From positions 416,001 through 480,000 of the forward strand of contig CAYSCM010000001.1 of NCBI GenBank assembly GCA_964429815.1: a stretch of DNA of 64,000 nucleotides, written 5' to 3'. The notes beneath the pieces were generated by a model. It was not told where the DNA came from. It made no database searches and saw only the letters and a program-made list of their open reading frames with translations. Source of the DNA: an uncultured Candidatus Saccharibacteria bacterium (GTDB lineage: Bacteria > Patescibacteriota > Minisyncoccia > Phycocordibacterales > CAYSCM01). Within the stretch, counting starts at the first letter, position 1, and the number at the start of each line of letters is the position of its first letter. Of the stretch, positions 8,257-15,899 are shown in pieces. The translations under genes and the position numbers were made by a program.

Positions 8257-9552
8257 ATGAAGACCTTTCAAACCGCCATTTTGCTTATTTTTGGGGCGCT
8301 CGCGCTCATCGGGGTGCTTGTCTTTGCGACCGTGAGCAACCAGAGCTCCGGCGGTATCGGAGCGGTTGCCGTTTGGGGGACGCTCCCGAAGGATTCCGTC
8401 GACTCGCTCCTCGCGCAAATAGAGACAAACCGTCATGACTTCGACCAGGTGCGCTACACTTACATCGACCCGGCGCTCTATGAGCAAAAGCTTCTTGAGG
8501 GGTTTGCCTCCGGCACAGGCCCCGATCTTTTCCTCGTACCGCAGGAGTCCCTTCTTGCACAAACGTCCCATATCGCTCCGATAGGTTATTCAACACTCTC
8601 GCAACGGGCGTTCAAGGACCGGTTCGTCCAGGAAGGGGAGCTCTACCTCAAGGACTCCGGCGCCCTGGCGCTTCCTCTTACGATCGACCCGCTAGTTCTC
8701 TATTGGAATCGGGACATGCTGGCGAATGGAGGCATCGCCAAACCGCCAAGCTTTTGGGATGAGCTCGTGACGCTCGCGCCGAAGCTCTCCGTGCGCGACA
8801 GCAAGGGGACCGTAACGCAATCGGCTATTGCACTTGGCGAGTACCGCAATATCACCAACGCAAAAGCCATTCTCTCCGCTCTTTTCATGCAGGCGGGGGA
8901 TTCTATCGTTTCTCGTGATGCGGACGGCAACCCCTACGCGTCGCTCGCGGCGGAAAATTCCTCGCTTACCTCCGCGGGACCCTCGGCGATTCGCTTCTAT
9001 ACGCAGTTCGCGAACCCCATCAACACCATCTATTCCTGGAACCGCGCGCTTCCCGAATCGCAAAAAGCGTTTTTGGCAGGGAGTCTGGCGTTTTATGTGG
9101 GGTTCGCGAGCGAAGCGGCAGGACTCCGCGCCCAAAATCCCAACCTAAACTTTGATGTCGCTCCATTGCCGCAAACGCGCGACATAAAAAATAAGCTCAC
9201 TTACGGCGCGATGCAGGCCATTTCGGTCCCCAAGACGACGCACAACCTCTCCGGCGCCACAGCGGTCGCGCTCGAGCTAGTGTCGGACGCCAACCTCGCA
9301 TATCTCGCCGACAAGCTCGGACTTCCGCCAGTGTCCCGCGCAGATCTTTCCTCACAGCCCCCCAGTGCCGCTCAGCAAGTGTTTTATGCGAGTGCGCTCA
9401 TAGCACGTGGATGGCTCGATCCGGCTCCGGAAAAAACGAATACTATCTTCCAGGATATGATCGAGGGGGTGACGAGCGGGAAGTTTGAAATTTCCGACGC
9501 ACTCTCTCGTGCATCCCTTGCGCTCGATGAGCTTTTACGAGGTAATCAATAG
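8257..9552 (+). CDS. extracellular solute-binding protein (ABC-type, family 1), orphan
   Basis: N-terminal TM/signal, then a DLFLVPQESL...LPLTIDPLVLYWNRDML...FLAGSLAFYVGFASE pattern typical of SBP_bac_1. No permease or ATPase genes adjacent. Confidence 0.6.
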   Translation: MKTFQTAILLIFGALALIGVLVFATVSNQSSGGIGAVAVWGTLPKDSVDSLLAQIETNRHDFDQVRYTYIDPALYEQKLLEGFASGTGPDLFLVPQESLLAQTSHIAPIGYSTLSQRAFKDRFVQEGELYLKDSGALALPLTIDPLVLYWNRDMLANGGIAKPPSFWDELVTLAPKLSVRDSKGTVTQSAIALGEYRNITNAKAILSALFMQAGDSIVSRDADGNPYASLAAENSSLTSAGPSAIRFYTQFANPINTIYSWNRALPESQKAFLAGSLAFYVGFASEAAGLRAQNPNLNFDVAPLPQTRDIKNKLTYGAMQAISVPKTTHNLSGATAVALELVSDANLAYLADKLGLPPVSRADLSSQPPSAAQQVFYASALIARGWLDPAPEKTNTIFQDMIEGVTSGKFEISDALSRASLALDELLRGNQ

Positions 9553-9553
9553 T

Positions 9554-9964
9554 ATGTTTCGCAAAAACCGTATTGCCTTATCCGCTCTTGCACTACTTTT
9601 AGCACCGGCCCTTACACTTGCGCAGCAAGGCAGTTTTTCGGGAAATGGCGTTCAATTTTCATTCCGAAACCCCCTTGGTCCAAATGTGAATGATCTCGGC
9701 ACCTTCCTTAAGCTCCTCCTTAATTTTGTGACTGAGCTAGCGATCCCCATAATTGTCCTCATGCTCATCTACACCGGCTTTAAATTCGTCGCGGCACAGG
9801 GGAATTCAGACAAACTCGCGGAAGCGCGGCGCATACTCTTGTGGACTCTCATCGGCGCGGGCATTATTCTCGGGGCCAACGCGATACTCCTTGCCATTCA
9901 AGGCACGGTGACCCAAATACGGGGGGCAACGGGGCTTGTCGATATCTTCTCGCACCTCACGTAG
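9554..9964 (+). CDS. TrbC/VirB2-like (T4SS-type) pilin-like protein, paralog 1
   Basis: 137 aa: signal peptide (ALTLA-QQ), then two hydrophobic helices (LAIPIIVLMLIYTGFKFV; ILLWTLIGAGIILGANAILLAI). ATG overlaps the upstream stop (ATAGTATG). Track ORF 9485 start is moved to 9554. Confidence 0.55.
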   Translation: MFRKNRIALSALALLLAPALTLAQQGSFSGNGVQFSFRNPLGPNVNDLGTFLKLLLNFVTELAIPIIVLMLIYTGFKFVAAQGNSDKLAEARRILLWTLIGAGIILGANAILLAIQGTVTQIRGATGLVDIFSHLT

Positions 9965-9967
9965 CCC

Positions 9968-10306
9968 ATGAAGCGACCACTTCGAACGCTTGTCCTCACA
10001 CTGCCACTCCTCGCGCCTTCCGTAGCGCTCGCGGCGGCGCGGCCGCAAAATTTCGCCGACTTCGTCCACCACCTCACGAGGCTCCTTAACCTTACGATCC
10101 CCATCGCATTCGCTATCGCACTTCTTGCGTTCTTCTGGGGGCTAGTGAAATTCATATACCTCTCCTCCGAGAGCGATTCGGCCCGTGAAGATGCCAAAAA
10201 CATCATGCTCTACGGAGTGCTCGCGCTTTTCGTCATGCTCTCGGTGTGGGGCTTCGTGCGGATTCTCCAGGAGACTATCTTTGGTACCTCGGGCATTCTT
10301 CCGTAG
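9968..10306 (+). CDS. TrbC/VirB2-like pilin-like protein, paralog 2
   Basis: 112 aa: signal peptide, then IPIAFAIALLAFFWGL...EDAKNIMLYGVLALFVMLSVWGFVRILQETIFG. Two-TM topology shared with paralogs 3 and 4. Confidence 0.6.
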   Translation: MKRPLRTLVLTLPLLAPSVALAAARPQNFADFVHHLTRLLNLTIPIAFAIALLAFFWGLVKFIYLSSESDSAREDAKNIMLYGVLALFVMLSVWGFVRILQETIFGTSGILP

Positions 10307-10405
10307 AGAGCTTGTCCACATTGACCCTTTTACGCTCCGAGAGCGAGGGCGTACTATAAGCTCGTACAACAATTAGCAAACCTTAGCCCATAAATCGACA
10401 TTTTC

Positions 10406-10759
10406 ATGCGTAAATACGCTTTACTCGCAACCGCCTATCTTCTCCCCGTCGTTGTATTCGCGCAGGGGAGCGGCGTTGAAGGGCTTCTCAACAAGCTCTC
10501 CCGCTGGATAAACATCGCGACCCCGATAGTTTTTGCGCTTGCACTCCTAGCGTTTTTCTGGGGCCTCGCGGTCTATGTTTTTAACACCGGTGATGAAGAA
10601 AAGCGCAAGCAGGGCAAGGACATCATGATCTGGGGCGTCATCGCGCTTTTCGTCATGGTCTCGGTCTTCGGCATCGTGCGCATTATTCGCGAGACTTTCG
10701 GCATTAGCGCCAACGAAACCGCTCATATCCCGACCGTTCAAGGGACGAACGCTCAATAG
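10406..10759 (+). CDS. TrbC/VirB2-like pilin-like protein, paralog 3
   Basis: 117 aa: signal peptide, then TPIVFALALLAFFWGL...GKDIMIWGVIALFVMVSVFGIVRIIRETFG. Clearly homologous to paralog 2. Confidence 0.6.
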   Translation: MRKYALLATAYLLPVVVFAQGSGVEGLLNKLSRWINIATPIVFALALLAFFWGLAVYVFNTGDEEKRKQGKDIMIWGVIALFVMVSVFGIVRIIRETFGISANETAHIPTVQGTNAQ

Positions 10760-10768
10760 CGTTGGCCA

Positions 10769-11032
10769 ATGACCGCGGCCACCACTTTCGTCAGGGCGAT
10801 AAACGACTACATCATCAACCCTATCATCGGGCTCCTCTTTGCTGCGGCCATGGTCCTTTTTATCTGGGGCGGCGCGCAAATGATTTTCTACCCTGGCACC
10901 GAAGATAAGCGCGAGGACGGCAAGCGTCACCTCTTTTGGGGCATCATCGGGATGTTCATCATGGTCTCGGTCTACGGACTCCTCAATCTCATCACGAGCA
11001 CATTCGGCCTCCCGCACGTCGTCAGCCACTAA
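10769..11032 (+). CDS. TrbC/VirB2-like pilin-like protein, paralog 4 (short N-terminus)
   Basis: 87 aa: IIGLLFAAAMVLFIWGG...GKRHLFWGIIGMFIMVSVYGLLNLITSTFG. Same core motif as paralogs 2 and 3. Confidence 0.55.
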   Translation: MTAATTFVRAINDYIINPIIGLLFAAAMVLFIWGGAQMIFYPGTEDKREDGKRHLFWGIIGMFIMVSVYGLLNLITSTFGLPHVVSH

Positions 11033-11037
11033 AAGAA

Positions 11038-11065
11038 AACGGGCCGCACTTGCGTGCGACCCGTT
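11038..11065. terminator. intrinsic terminator shared by convergent genes
   Basis: Stem aacgggccgcac/gtgcgacccgtt (1 mismatch), loop ttgc. On the minus strand it is followed by UUUCUUUUAG. Lies between the pilin-4 stop (11032) and the minus-gene stop (11081). Confidence 0.5.
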
Positions 11066-11080
11066 GGTCGTAAAGAACAG

Positions 11081-12109
11081 TTAGAGCTTGTTGTACCAAT
11101 ACTTGAGTGGAACCGGTTCACCCACGATCGAGCGGAACCGAATGCACTTAGTGGGCTTCATTCCTTCGTTGAAGAAGCCCTGATACACCTTGATGGTACC
11201 GTCGTGGAAGTATGCTGCGGCGACTATCTTCAAAATGCCCGGATTCTCCGTCCGGTACATCAAGTTGTAGCCGTCAGGAATGGGCACGCAGCGTGACCAC
11301 TCGGTCGGTACCAGGAAGGTTGAACCTTCAGCCGTAAAGGCAGGGTGGACACGTGGTTGGACCCGCGTTGGTGCCGCCTTGGCCTCCTGGAAGTAGTGGG
11401 GGAACATCTTCGGTGCGGTGTAGATCGCAATTGCGATTGCGAGCAGTGCCGCGAATCCGCCGGCGAAATAGTGACCGACTTCCTGCTTCGTCTTTCCCTT
11501 GCGCGACCCGAGGATGACCACCAACGCAACGGCCGCCACGAATGCGTAGTAAAACGCGAGGTAGGGCTTGAAGTTGTTGATCCACCAGAATTTAAGCTCG
11601 GGGTCGCCCTTCCAGTAGGCAAAAAAGTAGAGGATCGCTGGGATGAAGATCCCCATGAAGGCGATCCATACCATTGTGCCACCCGTGAGGTTGCCCTTAA
11701 TGAACTTGCCGATCTTCGGCAGGGTCCAAAGAAGGATGAACGCAACAAACAGGATGATGCCCGCTTGCATCAGGAAGTCGACGAGTGGCTCACCGGTGAG
11801 GGTGAGTAGGTCGAGCTCCTCCATAGTGTTGTACGTCCAGAGCGAAAGCACGGGGTAGTAGGCGTAGACGAGCAGGCCCACGATCGTCGCAAAGATGATC
11901 GCGAGGATTACGATGCGACGCCGTTGCTTTTTCGGCGCAGTGGTTGTGGTTTGGGTCGTCGTGGTCTGCTGAGCCTGCTGCGATTGTGCGGGCGGTTGAG
12001 CGGAAGCTTGCGCTTGCCCACCCTTGACGGTAGCGATGGTGCCCGAGGCGACCGCCCCGGTCATTTTCATTGCCGCCGTGCTCGCTGAGTAGCGTTGTAC
12101 GGCCATCAC
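11081..12109 (-). CDS. polytopic membrane protein (5 predicted TM + about 100-aa C-terminal soluble domain), function unknown
   Basis: 342 aa. Q/T-rich N-terminus, TM helices (IVILAIIFATIVGLLVYAYY, MVWIAFMGIFIPAILYFFAYW, others), C-terminal domain with two Cys. Start overlaps the upstream SPFH stop (ATGA). Confidence 0.5.
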   Translation of the reverse strand: MMAVQRYSASTAAMKMTGAVASGTIATVKGGQAQASAQPPAQSQQAQQTTTTQTTTTAPKKQRRRIVILAIIFATIVGLLVYAYYPVLSLWTYNTMEELDLLTLTGEPLVDFLMQAGIILFVAFILLWTLPKIGKFIKGNLTGGTMVWIAFMGIFIPAILYFFAYWKGDPELKFWWINNFKPYLAFYYAFVAAVALVVILGSRKGKTKQEVGHYFAGGFAALLAIAIAIYTAPKMFPHYFQEAKAAPTRVQPRVHPAFTAEGSTFLVPTEWSRCVPIPDGYNLMYRTENPGILKIVAAAYFHDGTIKVYQGFFNEGMKPTKCIRFRSIVGEPVPLKYWYNKL

Positions 12110-13299
12110 TTATCTCCTTCTTTTGGCTTGAGACCTTGGGGGACGGCTTTGATCACCGCCCCGAGCGTGGCCGCGGGGGATGCGAGACCGTCGGCGCCGA
12201 CGGCGATGAAGGTATCGACTTCCTTAGCCACTTGGACTGCAGTGTCGCGTGCGAAGATGAGTTCGAGCGCACGCGGCTTGTCGCCGCCTTGCGCCGCGAG
12301 CTTTTCGATCGCTTGTGCGTCTCCTTCCGCCTCGTACGAGGTAGCATCTCCCTTCGCCCGACCAGCAATACGGGTGGCCTCACCCTCGGCAAGCGCCTGA
12401 GCGGGCTTCTGTATCGACGTATTGAGCGCGTGAGAGAAATTGAAGAGCTTGATGTTGGCGGTATCGACTTCGACGCCGCCCTTGCCAAGTTTCTCTTCAA
12501 TGAGTGTTCGCAGGTCTACGTTGATAGTCGACGTGCCCCGAAGGGCCTCGGCTGCCGTCCTCGACGGAAGTGTTTCGCTCAGCCCCGTCACGATTGTGTC
12601 TTCAGCTTGCTTCATGGCGGCCGCAAGGTCGCCATTGTACAGGACGAAGAACTCTCGCAAATTTCCTTTTTCGGGTCTGATCTTAAGGATCGCAGCGACC
12701 TCCGCAGTGATGCGGCGGTCGAGCGGATCCTGACCATCCTTGCCGGCGAACGTGATACGCACCGGCGGGTAGTACCCCTCAGCGACGGTGTCTTTGTCGC
12801 CACGATCAACGAGTTCCGGCTCGCTCGGGATCTCTTTTTGCAGCAGCTCGAGATCGGTGATCCGGAGCATGCTGAGAAAGAGGGGAGCATAAACGGGCCC
12901 GTTGGGAAGTTCGCAAACGACCCAGCCGAAGATGCTGAGCACTGCTCCTTCGTTGATATCTACCTCCTCGAAGCTCTTCCACGTGTAGAGTGTGAAGAGC
13001 ACAAGAAGGATCGGGATCACGGGAATGTTGAGCTGGCCGAGCTTGATTGAACTTGCCCCGAGGTTGGAGTAAACGACCAGCAAGGCAAAACTAAGAAGGA
13101 GGATGTTGGCGAAGAGTGCAGCAAGGTGCCAGACGAACCAATTTCTGGTCAAGCGCCCCATCACCGAAGCCTTGTGCCGTTCCTCGTCGGAACCGCCTGA
13201 GGCGGGACCTGCAGGGGGCGTTGGTGGGGTGGGAGGGGCTGGAGGTGTTGGAGTCCCAGCGCCGTTTGGCGGCTGGGTTGGCGTTGCTGTCTGTTGCAT
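12106..13299 (-). CDS. SPFH/band-7 (stomatin/prohibitin-like) domain protein with Pro-rich N-terminus
   Basis: 397 aa. PTPP repeats, one TM, then a band-7 core (VDLRTLIEEKLGKGGVEVDTANIKLFNFSHA...AEGEATRIAGRAKGDATSYEAEG). Confidence 0.7.
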   Translation of the reverse strand: MQQTATPTQPPNGAGTPTPPAPPTPPTPPAGPASGGSDEERHKASVMGRLTRNWFVWHLAALFANILLLSFALLVVYSNLGASSIKLGQLNIPVIPILLVLFTLYTWKSFEEVDINEGAVLSIFGWVVCELPNGPVYAPLFLSMLRITDLELLQKEIPSEPELVDRGDKDTVAEGYYPPVRITFAGKDGQDPLDRRITAEVAAILKIRPEKGNLREFFVLYNGDLAAAMKQAEDTIVTGLSETLPSRTAAEALRGTSTINVDLRTLIEEKLGKGGVEVDTANIKLFNFSHALNTSIQKPAQALAEGEATRIAGRAKGDATSYEAEGDAQAIEKLAAQGGDKPRALELIFARDTAVQVAKEVDTFIAVGADGLASPAATLGAVIKAVPQGLKPKEGDK

Positions 13300-13392
13300 A
13301 ATGAACCTCTATGCAGTTGTGTGGGAACGGGATACTGCCTGGAATTCAAGCATAAAATTTCAAAAAAGTCAAGGATTGCGCGGCGGAATGGC

Positions 13393-13419
13393 AAAAAAGC
13401 CCTCAAAATGGGCTTTTTT
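13393..13419. terminator. bidirectional intrinsic terminator
   Basis: aaaaaagccc-tcaaaat-gggcttttttg. A-tract and T-tract flank a GC stem. Downstream of the tRNA-Leu(TAG) 3' end on the minus strand. Confidence 0.5.
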
Positions 13420-13434
13420 GCGTAGAGCACAATG

Positions 13435-13516
13435 TGGGCGAGAGAGGACTTGAACCTCCACCCCTTGCGGGACGCGGTCCTAAGCCGCGCGCGTATACCA
13501 ATTCCGCCACTCGCCC
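13435..13516 (-). tRNA. tRNA-Leu (anticodon TAG), type II
   Basis: Minus-strand cloverleaf: acceptor GGGCGAG/CUCGCCC, anticodon loop CUUAGGA, long variable arm UCCCGCAAGGGGUGGAG, T-arm GGAGG-UUCAAGU-CCUCU. No encoded CCA. Confidence 0.8.
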
Positions 13517-13568
13517 GTATGTGTATTCTACATCCTTGCCGTCACGAATAATTTGATTGCCGTCGAAG

Positions 13569-13678
13569 AGGACTCGGTCCTTACAGGACCAGTACCCCGA
13601 TTGGATAGTTTGCTTCGGCTCCTCGCAAACTATACTCAATCGGGCTTCGAGTCCTGCACGCAAACGCACCGCGTTTGC
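13569..13678. other. structured spacer between tRNA-Leu and tRNA-Lys (multi-hairpin element)
   Basis: 8-bp enclosing stem aggactcg(13569-76)/cgagtcct(13648-55). It contains hairpin ggtcc-ttaca-ggacc and a 16-bp hairpin cgattggatagtttgc/gcaaactatactcaatcg. Followed by hairpin gcaaacgc-acc-gcgtttgc. Confidence 0.3.
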
Positions 13679-13703
13679 TCGGGCGGCACTCGCTGCGCTC
13701 GTG

Positions 13704-13776
13704 TCCGCCCAGCAGGACTCGAACCTGCGACCAATTGCTTAAGAGGCAACTGCTCTACCAACTGAGCTATGGGCGG
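13704..13776 (-). tRNA. tRNA-Lys (anticodon CTT)
   Basis: Minus-strand cloverleaf: D-arm GCUCAGUUGGUAGAGC, anticodon stem GUUGC/GCAAU with loop CUCUUAA, T-arm GCAGG-UUCGAGU-CCUGC. Acceptor begins with a C1:G72 pair. Confidence 0.75.
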
Positions 13777-13818
13777 AAAAACAGAAACGATAGTAGCACG
13801 CTCTTCCGTATGAATGAA

Positions 13819-13838
13819 GCCCCGCATTGCTGCGGGGC
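13819..13838. terminator. intrinsic terminator after 13845-14186 gene
   Basis: gccccgca-ttgc-tgcggggc hairpin, followed on the minus strand by UUCAUUCAUAC. Confidence 0.4.
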
Positions 13839-13844
13839 TTTAGC

Positions 13845-14186
13845 CTAGGCGGCCATGAGGTTTTCGATGAGGACGACACCATCCCGGTAGCGTGGGTGTG
13901 TGCTTTCGAGTCCCCAGGCATGTACCGGCGTCGAGTTCTGGTTGTCGCTCTTGAGGACGATTTTCTTCCCGGATTCGTCGGTGAGCGTAAGATGCCACTG
14001 GTCGACGATCCAGAACTTGATAAAGTTGATCTTCTGTTCCTTCGCGAACCGAACAAAGGCCTTGGGATCGCGCGAGGTGAATTCGAGGCGATTCTCGTGA
14101 ACGGCTCGATCCTCGTATTCGCCTTCCCAGCGCTGGAAGATAACGACATGCTTCAGCTCCGGTGCACCCACTTCCATATTCGGCAT
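13845..14186 (-). CDS. hypothetical protein (113 aa)
   Basis: Start moved to ATG 14186, which has a consensus SD (AGGAGGCUAAC-AUG). MPNMEVGAPELKHVVIFQRWEGEYEDRAV...KINFIKFWIVDQWHLTLTDESGKKIVLKSD. No confident family. Track ORF start at 14270 lies inside a tRNA-derived repeat. Confidence 0.45.
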   Translation of the reverse strand: MPNMEVGAPELKHVVIFQRWEGEYEDRAVHENRLEFTSRDPKAFVRFAKEQKINFIKFWIVDQWHLTLTDESGKKIVLKSDNQNSTPVHAWGLESTHPRYRDGVVLIENLMAA

Positions 14187-14245
14187 GTTAGCCTCCTGTT
14201 TCTTGTTCCTGCCCGACTCTAGCAGGAAGCATTCTTTTTTCAATA

Positions 14246-14270
14246 GTGCCGGGGGTGGGGGTCGGCACAT
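14246..14270 (+). repeat. partial direct duplicate of the tRNA-Leu(TAA) 3' end (att-like)
   Basis: gtgccgggggtgggggtcg (19/19) plus cacat matches plus-strand 15813-15840, which is the 3' half of tRNA-Leu(TAA). Same orientation, 1.55 kb away. Confidence 0.6.
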
Positions 14271-14339
14271 CCGGCTTCCAAAATGCCGAACACGGCGCCT
14301 GCCCGTCCGAAGCTTTAGCGAAGGAGGGAGGCCGCTTCG
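14263..14339. repeat. 77-bp inverted repeat, left copy (IR-L)
   Basis: Reverse complement of 15543-15619 with one mismatch (76/77). Abuts and overlaps the tRNA-derived repeat by 8 nt. Confidence 0.8.
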
Positions 14340-14470
14340 TTGACAATATAAAATTTTTCTTTGGCGGACTAATTCGAGAATGCGCGGAGCGTATACAATA
14401 TTGTTCTTTGAAAAAATAAAGAGCGCCCCATCGCTGGAGCGCTCTGTGTCGAGTTGAACGGCGCGAGCCG

Positions 14471-14809
14471 CTACTTGTCGGACTTTTCGGCCCCTTGCAG
14501 CTTGCAGTCGGCGTAGGCCCAGACGTAGCGGGTGCAGGTGAATGCGCCGGGTTTCTGGAGATATGCCGAGATGAACTTCGGCTCCTTGGTCTCGTCCTCC
14601 TTGCCGCCGCAGTCGAGCTTCATCACCACTTTGGTATTGGTGGCATCGTAGGATTTCGCGGTGCAGATCGCGTCACGAGCGACGACGGTATTGCTGACGA
14701 TAGCCGCGTGGACGCCCCACTGAATGCCACCGCTGACGGCGATGACGATGCCGAAGCCGAACAGCTGCTTCCACGTCATGACGAAGTTGCCGACGAATCG
14801 GTTCCTCAT
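14471..14809 (-). CDS. hypothetical small signal-anchored protein with 4 Cys (112 aa)
   Basis: ATG 14809 overlaps the upstream stop (ATGA). N-terminal hydrophobic LFGFGIVIAVSGGIQWGV, then a domain with C-x-n-C-x-n-C-x-n-C (CTAKSYD...LDCGG...FTCTRYVWAYADC). Confidence 0.45.
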   Translation of the reverse strand: MRNRFVGNFVMTWKQLFGFGIVIAVSGGIQWGVHAAIVSNTVVARDAICTAKSYDATNTKVVMKLDCGGKEDETKEPKFISAYLQKPGAFTCTRYVWAYADCKLQGAEKSDK

Positions 14810-15309
14810 GACACCGCTCCCTGTGCTTGGTGGTTGAAGGTGATGATCGGGCAGACCTTCTGCTTGGCCGCCACGATGTATTGCCACACGACCTGCCAGA
14901 AGCCGGGACCCGTCGGCGCCGGAGCGGCGACCTTGGGCGGTTCCTTCTTCTTTTCAGGCTTGGGCGCGGGAGAAGGTTGCCGCCCCCACTCCTTCAGCCG
15001 TCGGAACAGCGCCTTCAGACCGATGATAACGCCGACGACGATTGCGAGTGCGCCGACGACATACGCATAGCCGGTGCCGCCCCAGAAGTAGATGGGTAGC
15101 GCCGTCAGTGCGGCGACACCCGAGCCGTACACCACTGCGTTGAGCAGCAGCACGAGCGGGCACCAGACCAGCATAACGCGCAGGAAATGGCACAAGTTTG
15201 TGCCGTCCCGATAGTGCCACGAGTCGTCGCCGCGGTCCTTGAACTCGTCCCAGACCGTCAAAGACCAGAAGAACCAACGGACGTACCACTGGCGTTTGTC
15301 CAACTCCAT
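14806..15309 (-). CDS. hypothetical membrane protein (167 aa; 2 TM, Pro/Lys-rich linker)
   Basis: Start set to ATG 15309 with SD AAGGGGAG-7nt-AUG. The track M at 15342 is a TTG codon. W-rich N-terminus, TMs VMLVWCPLVLLLNAVVYG and YAYVVGALAIVVGVIIGL, then PSPAPKPEKKKEPPKVAAPAP. Confidence 0.45.
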   Translation of the reverse strand: MELDKRQWYVRWFFWSLTVWDEFKDRGDDSWHYRDGTNLCHFLRVMLVWCPLVLLLNAVVYGSGVAALTALPIYFWGGTGYAYVVGALAIVVGVIIGLKALFRRLKEWGRQPSPAPKPEKKKEPPKVAAPAPTGPGFWQVVWQYIVAAKQKVCPIITFNHQAQGAVS

Positions 15310-15542
15310 GATGTTTCTCCCCTTGAAAATTGGCCAAAACAAGCCAAGGATTGTGTACCACTTCCAAGCATCAGTGTCAAGTTGTGGCGAACTGTCGCAC
15401 CGAAAGAGTGTTTAGTAGCTAATCGTTCTGTATGCCAAAAAGTTTTCTTTTTCCTGACATAGATTCAGAGCGGGCTTCGCCCGCACCGAGTGAGAATGGT
15501 TTGCACCGATGTTTTTCTCCGGGCTCTTTTGCGGTTTTCGAG

Positions 15543-15619
15543 CGAAGCGGCCTCCCTCCTTCGCTAAAGCTTCGGACGGGCAGGCGCCGCGTTCGGCATT
15601 TTGGAAGCCGGATGTGCCG
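15543..15619. repeat. 77-bp inverted repeat, right copy (IR-R)
   Basis: cgaagcggcctccctccttcgctaaagcttcggacgggcaggcgccgcgttcggcattttggaagccggatgtgccg is the reverse complement of 14263-14339. Confidence 0.8.
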
Positions 15620-15810
15620 CGCCGCCGCCCTCGCCACCGACGGCGCGGCTGGTTCGAGTTATTTCTAGTATTCTGCACTATAGCAGGCAACTGCTTGCCT
15701 GCGTGTGGGCATCGAAGGCCGCAGTGATGTTTCGTTAGGAGACGAAACCGCGGGGCGGGGTCGCGACCGAGGCGAGCGGCGGCGAGCTCTGATTTGTAGT
15801 TTCAAACTTG

Positions 15811-15897
15811 GTGCCGGGGGTGGGGGTCGAACCCACATCTCTTGCGAGGCACGATTTTAAGTCGTGTGCGTATACCAATTCCGCCACCCCGGCGTTC
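15811..15897 (-). tRNA. tRNA-Leu (anticodon TAA), type II, CCA encoded
   Basis: Acceptor GCCGGGG/CCCCGGC, anticodon stem CACGA/UCGUG with loop CUUAAAA, long variable arm, T-arm GUGGG-UUCGACC-CCCAC, 3' ACCA. 5' end is 2 nt from the NUDIX stop. Confidence 0.85.
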
Positions 15898-15899
15898 GT

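Larger units (their letters stand above)
14246..15840. mobile_element. putative integrated/non-autonomous element remnant at tRNA-Leu(TAA): att-like direct repeats + 77-bp inverted repeats bracketing two unknown genes; no integrase
   Basis: tRNA 3'-end duplication at 14246-14270 versus 15811-15840. 77-bp IRs at 14263-14339 and 15543-15619. Cargo is two overlapping minus-strand ORFs. No recombinase ORF inside. Confidence 0.4.

Noticed and set aside
13190-13270. Short G-rich tandem repeats (gggaggggctggaggtgttggag...)
   Set aside because: They encode the PTPP/PAPP low-complexity N-terminus of the SPFH protein on the minus strand. This is a coding repeat, not a CRISPR or satellite array. No CRISPR-like regularly spaced repeats were seen anywhere in the window.
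13517-13703. Possible third tRNA between tRNA-Leu and tRNA-Lys
   Set aside because: No T-loop (GTTCRANTC) or anticodon-arm geometry is compatible on either strand. The helices form a non-tRNA multi-hairpin element instead.
13636-13827. 63-aa ORF translating AQLVEQ
   Set aside because: This is the tRNA-Lys D-loop read as protein. The region is a tRNA gene plus terminator.
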